Assembly: GCA_947626095.1 (NCBI GenBank)
Contig: CANQQV010000028.1
Coordinates: 1 to 15,405 of the forward strand
DNA from: an uncultured Bacilli bacterium
GTDB taxonomy: Bacteria > Bacillota_I > Bacilli_A > RF39 > UBA660
Direction of reading: 5' to 3'
DNA length: 15,405 nt
The notes below the pieces were generated by a model. That model saw nothing but the letters and a program-made list of their open reading frames with translations, had not been told where the DNA came from and made no database searches. Shown here piece after piece: positions 1-6,832 of this stretch. Every line of letters starts with the position of its first letter. Position 1 is the first letter of the stretch. Position numbers and translations under genes: made by a program.

Positions 1-76
1 AATAAAAAAATTATTCAAAAAAAATTACGCATAAAAAAACCTCCAGAAAAAATCTGGAGGTTTGTCTACACTCTGA
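1..76 (+). mobile_element. Possible right end of an insertion sequence (IS1182-like), with a transposase C-terminus possibly running in from upstream
   Basis: Hairpin AAACCTCCAGA/TCTGGAGGTTT (37-63) runs into GTCTACACTCTGA. Frame +1 is open 1-144 (NKKIIQKKLRIKKPPEKIWRFVYTL...). I recall FVYSL/FVNSL-type tails and TTTGTCTACAnTCTGA ends from Firmicutes IS1182-type elements. The transposase itself is not in the window. Confidence 0.4.
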
Positions 77-109
77 ACTATTTAAATAAATATTTAAATA
101 GTTTTTTTT
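76..109 (+). terminator. AT-rich hairpin followed by T-run, putative intrinsic terminator
   Basis: AACTATTTAAATA (76-88), AA loop, TATTTAAATAGTT (91-103), then TTTTTT. Confidence 0.5.
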
Positions 110-158
110 ACTATGCAAATTATTTTGGAGAGAATAAATTATGATAGGGGAGGTATTT

Positions 159-578
159 ATGAATAATAACACTAATTGTTTATTGCAATCAGCAAGACAA
201 AAAATAAATAATTATAATGCAAATAATAATTCATCTAATGGAACTTGTTGCGGTTTTAGAGATTTATCAGTTGGTCCACAAGGCCCAACAGGTCCTCAAG
301 GTCCGACAGGACCAACGGGACCTCAAGGTATTCAAGGTGTCCAAGGTATTCAGGGAATTATAGGACCGACTGGTCCTCAAGGTATTCAAGGAATACAAGG
401 TAATCCTGGAACGGTTGGAGCGACGGGAGCACAAGGACCAATAGGACCAACCGGAGCTACAGGTCCAACTGGTCCAGCGGGAGCTACGGGACCACAAGGA
501 ATTCAGGGGTTAATAGGTTTAACAGGTGAAACAGGACCAACGGGACCTACTCATACTCTTAAAAGTGAAAGTAATTAA
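159..578 (+). CDS. Collagen-like protein, 5' part of a split gene (native sequence ends at 550; HTLKSESN* tail comes from the inserted element)
   Basis: SD GGGGAGGT (147-154) precedes ATG 159. Asn-rich N-terminus with Cys-Cys, then 31 consecutive GXY triplets (273-551; GPT/GPQ/GIQ-rich) that stop abruptly at the element boundary. Confidence 0.9.
   Translation: MNNNTNCLLQSARQKINNYNANNNSSNGTCCGFRDLSVGPQGPTGPQGPTGPTGPQGIQGVQGIQGIIGPTGPQGIQGIQGNPGTVGATGAQGPIGPTGATGPTGPAGATGPQGIQGLIGLTGETGPTGPTHTLKSESN
534..570. repeat. attL-like junction: collagen half-site, AC core (549-550), element arm (551-570)
   Basis: GGACCAACGGGACCT-AC-TCATACTCTTAAAAGTGAAA. The arm 551-570 is the reverse complement of 3777-3796 at 19/20 positions. 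Confidence 0.9.
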
Positions 579-664
579 AATTATATTTTATTAGTTTTTT
601 ATTAAATTGTTATTATTTTTAATAAATAAAAAAGCCGTTAGCATAAGTTTAAATAGGTGAACTT

Positions 665-778
665 ATGAAAATTACAAGTACATTTAATGAAAAAGGTAAA
701 ACGTTGCAAGAAATAATGGAGCAATTTTTAATTATATTTTATAGTGAAAATATTAGTAAAATAAGATACAAGGATTGA
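665..778 (+). CDS. 37-aa micro-ORF upstream of the recombinase; candidate recombination directionality factor
   Basis: SD-like AGGTGA (655-660), ATG 665, MKITSTFNEKGKTLQEIMEQFLIIFYSENISKIRYKD*. Its TGA (776-778) lies 4 nt before the recombinase ATG. Absent from the supplied ORF track. Function is inferred from position only. Confidence 0.6.
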   Translation: MKITSTFNEKGKTLQEIMEQFLIIFYSENISKIRYKD

Positions 779-782
779 AAGT

Positions 783-2366
783 ATGAGTATTAATGAAACT
801 TATAAAGTTGGTATATATTTAAGATTATCTCGTGATGATTTGAAAGATGATGAAAGTCAAAGTATAAGTTATCAAAGAGATTATATAATGAATTATATTA
901 CACGAAATAATCTAGGATTGATTGATGAATATGTTGATGATGGTGTAAGTGGTACGGAGTTTGATAGAAATGGTTGGAATAGACTAATTGAAGATATAGA
1001 ACGTGGTCGGATTAATATGGTTATTACAAAAGATACAAGTCGTTTAGGTCGTAATATATCACAGAGTTTATATTATTCCACTGAATATTTTCAAGAAAAA
1101 AATGTAAGATATGTTGCTTTAACAGATGGAATAGATACATTTGATAAATCACAAAATACGGATATGTTAATGTTTAAAGCATTTTATAATGAAATGTATG
1201 TAAAAGATATATCTACTAAAATTAAAGCAACTTTAAACTCTCAAAAAAGAAATGGCAAGTTTATGGGTGGTATAGCACCTTATGGCTATGAAAGAAACCT
1301 ACCATACGATAAGCACGAACTTATTATAAATGAAGAACAAGCAACCATAGTTAAAAGAATATATGACTTATTCATAAATGGTATGGGTATCAAGAAAATT
1401 GCTAATCTACTAACTGATGAAAATGTGCCTATACCAAGCATACAAAAAAATCTTAATCGTGGTGTTAAGTCTAGTGTATATGGAATTTGGCAGGAAACAA
1501 CTATAAGTAGTATACTTACTAATCCAACTTATAAGGGAGATTTAACACAATGTCGTGAGTATAAGGTTAGTTATAAATCGAAGAAAAGAAGAAAAAATGA
1601 TAGAAAAAATTGGATTATAGCAAAAGGTGCTTGTCCGGCTATTATTGATGAAGAAACCTTTAATATCGTTCAAGATATGTACTCTAAAAATAAAAATAGA
1701 ACCGATAACTCATTAGAATATCTTTTAAGAGGATTTTTGGTATGTAAAGAGTGTGGACACACTATTTCAATAAGCCAATCGAAATGGTCTTGTAATGGAG
1801 TAAAGAAAACAAAAAACATTTGTTATTGCAACTATTGGAAAAAGTTTTCAAAGTATGATGTATGTACTCCCCATAAAATTGATTATGATGAGTTAGAACA
1901 AGAAGTATTAAAAGATATTAGAAATAAATGTAGAGCATATTTAAAAACAAGTAATTTTGAGGAATTACTAAAAAAAAGTGATAGAATGAATAAGATACAA
2001 TTGGATTTAGAGAAACAATTAACAAAAATCAAAAAAGATATAAAGGAACAAACATTTTTCTTTGATAAATTATATAAAGATAAATTAAAAGGATTAATAG
2101 ATGAAGGAATATTTAAAAGACAATATAACAACCTTACAATTGAAACATTAAACTTAAAGAAAAAAGCAAACGAAATTGAAACAAAGTTATATGCAATTAA
2201 AAATCAAATGACTAATAAAAATAGTATGAAATATAAAAGTATAATTAAAGAGTTTTTATCTTTAAAGAAACCTAGTAAAAAACTCTTAGCATCATTAATT
2301 GATAAAATAGTGATAGACGAGGAACAAAATGTTAATATTTGTTACAAAATAAAATCGTTATATTAA
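783..2366 (+). CDS. Large serine recombinase / serine integrase (resolvase + recombinase + zinc ribbon + coiled coil; SpoIVCA/CisA-like architecture)
   Basis: Catalytic YLRLS motif, DDGVSGT, KDTSRLGRN, APYGY and ILTNPTYKG of the recombinase domain, LLRGFLVCKECG...C...C zinc ribbon, C-terminal coiled coil and LIDKIVI. Confidence 0.96.
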   Translation: MSINETYKVGIYLRLSRDDLKDDESQSISYQRDYIMNYITRNNLGLIDEYVDDGVSGTEFDRNGWNRLIEDIERGRINMVITKDTSRLGRNISQSLYYSTEYFQEKNVRYVALTDGIDTFDKSQNTDMLMFKAFYNEMYVKDISTKIKATLNSQKRNGKFMGGIAPYGYERNLPYDKHELIINEEQATIVKRIYDLFINGMGIKKIANLLTDENVPIPSIQKNLNRGVKSSVYGIWQETTISSILTNPTYKGDLTQCREYKVSYKSKKRRKNDRKNWIIAKGACPAIIDEETFNIVQDMYSKNKNRTDNSLEYLLRGFLVCKECGHTISISQSKWSCNGVKKTKNICYCNYWKKFSKYDVCTPHKIDYDELEQEVLKDIRNKCRAYLKTSNFEELLKKSDRMNKIQLDLEKQLTKIKKDIKEQTFFFDKLYKDKLKGLIDEGIFKRQYNNLTIETLNLKKKANEIETKLYAIKNQMTNKNSMKYKSIIKEFLSLKKPSKKLLASLIDKIVIDEEQNVNICYKIKSLY

Positions 2367-2469
2367 AGTAAATAATCTTAAAAAATGTTAGTAATAAATA
2401 TTTATTATTTATAAAATAACTTCAAAGTGTAAAAAAAATTATAATTTTTGGATGATTATACAACATTTA

Positions 2470-2498
2470 TTGTAAACATATAAAATTTAGTGTAAAAT
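2470..2498 (+). promoter_or_regulatory. Putative sigma-A promoter for the cargo genes
   Basis: TTGTAA (2470-2475), 17 nt, TAAAAT (2493-2498), followed by SD-like AAGGTAGG before ATG 2524. Confidence 0.5.
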
Positions 2499-2523
2499 TT
2501 ATGTAGAAAGGTAGGTTAAATAA

Positions 2524-3069
2524 ATGAAAGGAAAGACAGTTGGAAAAATTGTTGAATGGGTTGAAGAAAACAATGAACATTATCCTGTATTTTTGTTTAC
2601 AACGAATGATAATGTGGAAATAAAATCAAGATGTAAAGTTAAAATAGATAATGAAATATTAGAATCAAGTTTAGAAAGCTTATATGCTTTTGAAACTGTT
2701 AATAAAATATTATTAGTTCCTCTTCCTCATGAGGGAATATATATTTCTTATGATGTTGAAAATCCTAATAATTTTTGCGCAAAATGGGATGTTGATCCTA
2801 AATATTATTTAAATCCAGAAAGTAATAAAAATGAGGAAAAAGAAACAATAATACAACTTATTGGATATTATTTAGCATTAGTTGTATTTCTTATAGTTCC
2901 TTTTTTGGGCCTATTTCTGCCTGGTATGGAGTTGATGCGTTATAAAAACAAATATGAATATGAGCATGAGAAAAGTGCATTACCAAAATTAATTTTGTTT
3001 TCGATATTAATTGTCCTTGAAATTATCTATAGTATTACTTTTATAGTCTTAAATTATATTATTAAATAG
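2524..3069 (+). CDS. Hypothetical membrane protein (element cargo 1)
   Basis: 181 aa with SD. Soluble N-terminal region loosely like DUF3592-type proteins (GKIV...YPVFLFTT...ISYDVENP), plus two C-terminal hydrophobic helices. Confidence 0.75.
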   Translation: MKGKTVGKIVEWVEENNEHYPVFLFTTNDNVEIKSRCKVKIDNEILESSLESLYAFETVNKILLVPLPHEGIYISYDVENPNNFCAKWDVDPKYYLNPESNKNEEKETIIQLIGYYLALVVFLIVPFLGLFLPGMELMRYKNKYEYEHEKSALPKLILFSILIVLEIIYSITFIVLNYIIK

Positions 3070-3079
3070 GAGTAAAATT

Positions 3080-3628
3080 ATGATAGAAAGAATATATAGT
3101 TATAATGATAATAATAAATATTTAAAATTAAATACACTAGATAAGATTGCCATAGCTTTAGGCATTTTTGGTTTGTGTTTTACTTTACTTATTTTAACTT
3201 TGGTTTTAATTGAAGATGACGGAGAATTTGCATATGTAATAGCAATATTTATGGTAATGGAAGTTGTTCCTTGTGCATTATTTTTAGTCGGTTCGAAAAA
3301 TAGGCATTTACATTTGTTAGATACGTGGGTAGTAACTTCAAATAAGGAAATATATTTTATTGAGCCGAACGACTTGGCATTAGAAAAAGAGTTTAGAGAT
3401 ATAAATTATTTAAATAGATTAATTCAAGTTTCTAATAATGCTGATTATGTTTGTTACTATAAACTGGAACAAATTATTGCTATTGAAGAAAATAAAAATT
3501 ATGTTAATGTTAAATTCGTTGGTAAAGGAAACTTTGATCAGAAAAGTGTTAATAAAAATGTTTATGTTATGAAGTCTATGCCTAATTTTAATGAATTAAT
3601 GGAAGATTTAAAAAAGATACATAATTAA
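3080..3628 (+). CDS. Hypothetical membrane protein (element cargo 2)
   Basis: 182 aa, SD AGGAG immediately after the previous stop, two N-terminal hydrophobic helices followed by a soluble domain. Confidence 0.78.
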   Translation: MIERIYSYNDNNKYLKLNTLDKIAIALGIFGLCFTLLILTLVLIEDDGEFAYVIAIFMVMEVVPCALFLVGSKNRHLHLLDTWVVTSNKEIYFIEPNDLALEKEFRDINYLNRLIQVSNNADYVCYYKLEQIIAIEENKNYVNVKFVGKGNFDQKSVNKNVYVMKSMPNFNELMEDLKKIHN

Positions 3629-3720
3629 GGAAAGATTGTTGAAGTAAAAAATAATATATATGATATTTTTTAGTCTATACCATAAATATTATTATAATTA
3701 TTCAACTAATTATAAAATAG

Positions 3721-3747
3721 AAATGATGATACTTTCATCATTTTTTT
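3721..3747 (+). terminator. Intrinsic terminator closing the cargo operon
   Basis: AAATGATGA (3721-3729), TACTT loop, TCATCATTT (3735-3743), then TTTT. Confidence 0.65.
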
Positions 3748-3776
3748 GTTAAATTTTTATGCAAGTAAAATATTCT

Positions 3777-3813
3777 TTTCACTTTTAAGGGTATGAACAG
3801 GTCCAACTGGTCC
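3777..3813. repeat. attR-like junction: element arm (3777-3796), AC core (3797-3798), collagen half-site
   Basis: TTTCACTTTTAAGGGTATGA-AC-AGGTCCAACTGGTCC. Confidence 0.9.
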
Positions 3814-4021
3814 TACAGGACCTATTGGTGAGACTGGTCCACAAGGTGAAACGGGAGCAGCAGGAGCTGATGCACCAACACCAACAATAACTATTGGGAC
3901 AGTAACTACTGGAGCACCAGGATCAACTGCTACGGCTACTTTAACGGGAACAGCACCAAATTATACTTTAGATTTAACTATTCCACAAGGTCCAACTGGG
4001 CCAGCGGGAGCTGCTGCATAA
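3797..4021 (+). CDS. Collagen-like protein, 3' part of the split gene (no start codon of its own)
   Basis: Translates [74 protein letters not shown] (TAA 4019-4021). It is preceded by an in-frame TGA (3794-3796) and is missed by the ORF track. Confidence 0.9.
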   Translation, partial: TGPTGPTGPIGETGPQGETGAAGADAPTPTITIGTVTTGAPGSTATATLTGTAPNYTLDLTIPQGPTGPAGAAA

Positions 4022-4047
4022 TAAAAAGACTTTAATAAGTCTTTTTA
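4022..4047. terminator. Bidirectional intrinsic terminator between the collagen 3' end and the CAP-domain gene
   Basis: TAAAAAGACTT-TAAT-AAGTCTTTTTA with A-run and T-run flanks, directly after the collagen TAA. Confidence 0.8.
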
Positions 4048-5631
4048 TGTTGAGAAAATTTGAACAATATATGTTTTTTTATTGAAGGTCATTTTACCGA
4101 TTCCGGTTTTGGTATACATACCTGTTAAGATAATCTCACGGTGTGGTGGGGAATTCATTAAACCATTAAATGCTAATTTATCTGTTGCGAAGTTGTAGGC
4201 GATTATTTCTGCACGAGCTGAAGGTACTGATAAACCATATTCATCCCATAAAGTTATCCAATAAGTACCATCGGGACGATTATGTCCTTCGAAAGGAATA
4301 TTAGAGTAAACTAATTCCATAGCTCGCATTGTTGCGACCATACATAAGTGATAGTTTAATTCGACTTCATTTAATCCGGCATTTTTACGAACTTGATTAG
4401 TATAATTCATAAAGTTAACTAGAACTTCACCATATTCTTTATTTTCTGTATTTCTAGTATTATAGATATACATAGCTTCTTCTAACATTGTTTTAGCTCT
4501 GCCATTAAATTTATTAAGAGCATAATTAACACTGGTTGAAGGGTAGCCACTGTAATCAGTTATACTATAATGACAGCTAGCATCTCTTTTATATTCGACA
4601 TAGTTAAATGTAATATTTTCTTTTGTACCATAATGATCGATTGATAAAGTGTAGTTATTTGCTTTTTTACTTTCAACAGAGCAACTACGTTTTTCTGGGG
4701 TTATTACGTTAGAAGCATTAAATGAATGAACTGAACTTGGCTTTTTAGATCCACCACTAGGTTTGGTAGTAGAACCACTGCTAGGTTTAGTTGTACTGCC
4801 ACCACTAGGCTTGGTAGTAGAGCTACCACCACTAGGTTTGGTAGTAGAACTACCACCGCTAGGTTTAGTTGTACTGCCACCACTAGGGGTTTGAGGTGCT
4901 GTAATAGTTAGTTTAGTAGTACCTTCATTACAATTATTAGCTATATCACAGACGATTAATGTAACATCTAAGATATTTGCTTTACTTAAATCATATTCTT
5001 CTTTAAAACTAACTGTATAATCGTTTATTTGACTATTATCACTATAGGTATCAACAAAATCTTTGAGATTTAATTCCTTACCAGCTTCAATTGATAATTC
5101 TTTTAAAGTGAAAGTAGGAATAATAGTATCGACAATTGATAGTTTGGTTTCATATTCGTAGTCACCAAAGATAACAACATCGATTGTTCTAATTCCTTTT
5201 AAATAGTAGTCGCCATCTTTTTCATAAGTGAATTGCTCAAGATTTAAAGAATTTTTATTTTCAAAATATTGAGCGGATATATTATCTGGTAGTTCATAAT
5301 CTTCACGAAAATAGTCTTTTAATTCAGGAAGAATGGTTCCTGTTTCAACTACTAATTCTTCTTTTATGTAACCATCTACCAGTTCAATATATTTAATACC
5401 GTCCTCTTCTATATATCTTAGTTTACTTTCATTTTTATTAAGAAGAGAGCTTAAACCAATTGTTATATTAAAGACTGTAAGAATGAAGATAGTTATAGTT
5501 ACGGCAAGGGTAGTATTACTGAATTTTTTACGTAGTTTATCTGTGTCTTCTTGATCGTTATAAGAAATAATATTAGATAATTTTTGGGGAATAGATTTTA
5601 TTGTATTAGTAATCTTATCTATAACTTTCAT
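4045..5631 (-). CDS. Membrane-anchored CAP/SCP-domain protein with S/T/G/K/P linker
   Basis: N-terminal TM helix and low-complexity linker. C-terminal CAP motifs: TNQVRKNAGLNEV, ATMRAMEL, HNRPDG, AEIIA, LMNSPPHREIIL, TGIG, YIVQIF. SD AAGGTG. Confidence 0.88.
   Translation of the reverse strand: MKVIDKITNTIKSIPQKLSNIISYNDQEDTDKLRKKFSNTTLAVTITIFILTVFNITIGLSSLLNKNESKLRYIEEDGIKYIELVDGYIKEELVVETGTILPELKDYFREDYELPDNISAQYFENKNSLNLEQFTYEKDGDYYLKGIRTIDVVIFGDYEYETKLSIVDTIIPTFTLKELSIEAGKELNLKDFVDTYSDNSQINDYTVSFKEEYDLSKANILDVTLIVCDIANNCNEGTTKLTITAPQTPSGGSTTKPSGGSSTTKPSGGSSTTKPSGGSTTKPSSGSTTKPSGGSKKPSSVHSFNASNVITPEKRSCSVESKKANNYTLSIDHYGTKENITFNYVEYKRDASCHYSITDYSGYPSTSVNYALNKFNGRAKTMLEEAMYIYNTRNTENKEYGEVLVNFMNYTNQVRKNAGLNEVELNYHLCMVATMRAMELVYSNIPFEGHNRPDGTYWITLWDEYGLSVPSARAEIIAYNFATDKLAFNGLMNSPPHREIILTGMYTKTGIGKMTFNKKTYIVQIFST
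4735..4887 (-). repeat. Coding tandem repeat (PSGGS[S]TTK, about 6 units of 24/27 bp)
   Basis: PSGGSTTK-PSGGSSTTK-PSGGSSTTK-PSGGSTTK-PSSGSTTK-PSGGSKK-PSS in the CAP protein. Confidence 0.9.
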
Positions 5632-5654
5632 GCTTACACCTTCTACTATATGTA

Positions 5655-5663
5655 ATTATATCA
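5655..5663 (-). promoter_or_regulatory. Extended -10 sigma-A promoter of the CAP gene
   Basis: Minus strand reads TGATATAAT about 24 nt upstream of ATG 5631. Confidence 0.6.
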
Positions 5664-5716
5664 TATTTGACGTTAATATAAAGAAAAAAGAAGCATAAAG
5701 TATAGTGGGTGGTTAG

Positions 5717-6820
5717 ATGAAAAAACATAAAATAACAGTATATGCAATCACGAAAAATGAAGAAAAAAATGTTAAAGAATGGTATCAATCAATGAAAGAA
5801 GCTGATGAGATAATTGTTTTGGATACTGGTTCAGATGATAATACTGTTAAATATTTAAAAGAATGTCCTAAAATAAAAGTGTATGAACAAGTAATAAAGC
5901 CTTGGCGTTTTGATGAAGCAAGAAATTTATCTTTGTCTTATGTATCTTTAGATACTGATATATGCGTGTGTACTGATTTAGATGAAAGATTTAATAAAGG
6001 TTGGGCAGAATTAGTAAGAAAAGAATGGAAGGAAGGAGTAACAAGGGGAAGATATTTATATAATTGGAGTTTTGATAAGTATGGAAAACCAGGAACAACT
6101 TTTTATATAAATAAAATTCATTCACGAAATGATTATATATGGAAACATCCAGTTCATGAAGTATTAAGTTGTCTTACTAAAGAAAAGGAAATTTCAATAC
6201 CAAATTTAGTGTTAAATCATTATCAAGATTATAGTAAGGCAAGAACAAGTTATTTGACGTTACTAGAATTATCAGTTAAAGAAGATCCGGCGGATGACCG
6301 AAATATGCACTATTTAGGTAGAGAATACATGTATTATAAGGAATATGATAAAGCAATAGATACTTTACATAAACATTTAGTTTTACCTTCGGCTACTTGG
6401 AAAGATGAGAGATGTGCATCGATGAGATATATGGCTTATTGTTATTTTAATAAGGGATATATTGAAGAAGCTATTATGTGGAATAAAGAAGCAATTAGAG
6501 AAGCGCCATATTTAAGAGAACCTTATTTTGATTTAGGAAATTTATTTTATTTAATTAAAGATTATGTAAATAGTGAATATTATTTAAGAAAGGCTTTGCA
6601 AATAAAAAAGATAAGTTATACATATATTAATGAGGAAAAAGCTTGGAATGAAACAATATATGATTTATTAGCTTTTGATTGCTATCAAAATAAGAAATAT
6701 AGTGAAGCATATAAATATATTAGAAAAGCAATTAAAATTAATAGTGATGATGAACGATTAAGAAGAAACTATGAAATAATTAAAGAAAAATATCTTAAAA
6801 ATAAAAATAGAAGAGATTAA
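5717..6820 (+). CDS. Family 2 glycosyltransferase with C-terminal TPR repeats
   Basis: ITKNEE, ADEIIVLDTGSDDNT, FDEARNLSL, DLDE (DxD), HPVHE motifs, followed by TPR-like helices (HYLGREY...AI, PYFDLGNLFY). Confidence 0.92.
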   Translation: MKKHKITVYAITKNEEKNVKEWYQSMKEADEIIVLDTGSDDNTVKYLKECPKIKVYEQVIKPWRFDEARNLSLSYVSLDTDICVCTDLDERFNKGWAELVRKEWKEGVTRGRYLYNWSFDKYGKPGTTFYINKIHSRNDYIWKHPVHEVLSCLTKEKEISIPNLVLNHYQDYSKARTSYLTLLELSVKEDPADDRNMHYLGREYMYYKEYDKAIDTLHKHLVLPSATWKDERCASMRYMAYCYFNKGYIEEAIMWNKEAIREAPYLREPYFDLGNLFYLIKDYVNSEYYLRKALQIKKISYTYINEEKAWNETIYDLLAFDCYQNKKYSEAYKYIRKAIKINSDDERLRRNYEIIKEKYLKNKNRRD

Positions 6821-6832
6821 TTCTCTTCTATT
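6806..6832. terminator. Hairpin formed from the 3' ends of two convergent genes, with the shared TTAA stops in the loop
   Basis: AATAGAAGAGA (6806-6816), TTAAT, TCTCTTCTATT (6822-6832): perfect 11-bp stem. Confidence 0.6.

Larger units (their letters stand above)
551..3798 (+). mobile_element. 3248-bp serine-recombinase element integrated in the collagen-like gene (skin-like gene-interrupting element)
   Basis: Bounded by inverted arms plus a directly repeated AC. Encodes a large serine recombinase. Collagen repeats stop at the left edge and resume in register at the right edge. Confidence 0.9.

Noticed and set aside
141-158. ATG 141 as collagen start
   Set aside because: The strong SD GGGGAGGT lies inside this stretch and is positioned for ATG 159.
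267-497. 76-aa minus-strand ORF
   Set aside because: Antisense shadow of the collagen codon repeat.
1883-2131. 82-aa minus-strand ORF
   Set aside because: Antisense to the recombinase coiled coil, no recognisable features.
551-3796. Invertible segment or phase-variation switch suggested by terminal inverted repeats plus a recombinase
   Set aside because: The asymmetric AC cores are in direct orientation and the repeats are the two arms of attP. Inversion would not restore the collagen frame, whereas excision does.
551-3798. Prophage
   Set aside because: No structural, replication, lysis or repressor genes recognised within the att-bounded 3.2 kb.
3793-3831. ATG 3793 as an independent start for the collagen 3' half
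   Set aside because: It is out of frame with the GXY repeat and stops after 12 codons (MNRSNWSYRTYW*).
4735-4887. CRISPR-like array
   Set aside because: Units are contiguous, in-frame coding repeats with no unique spacers and no cas genes.
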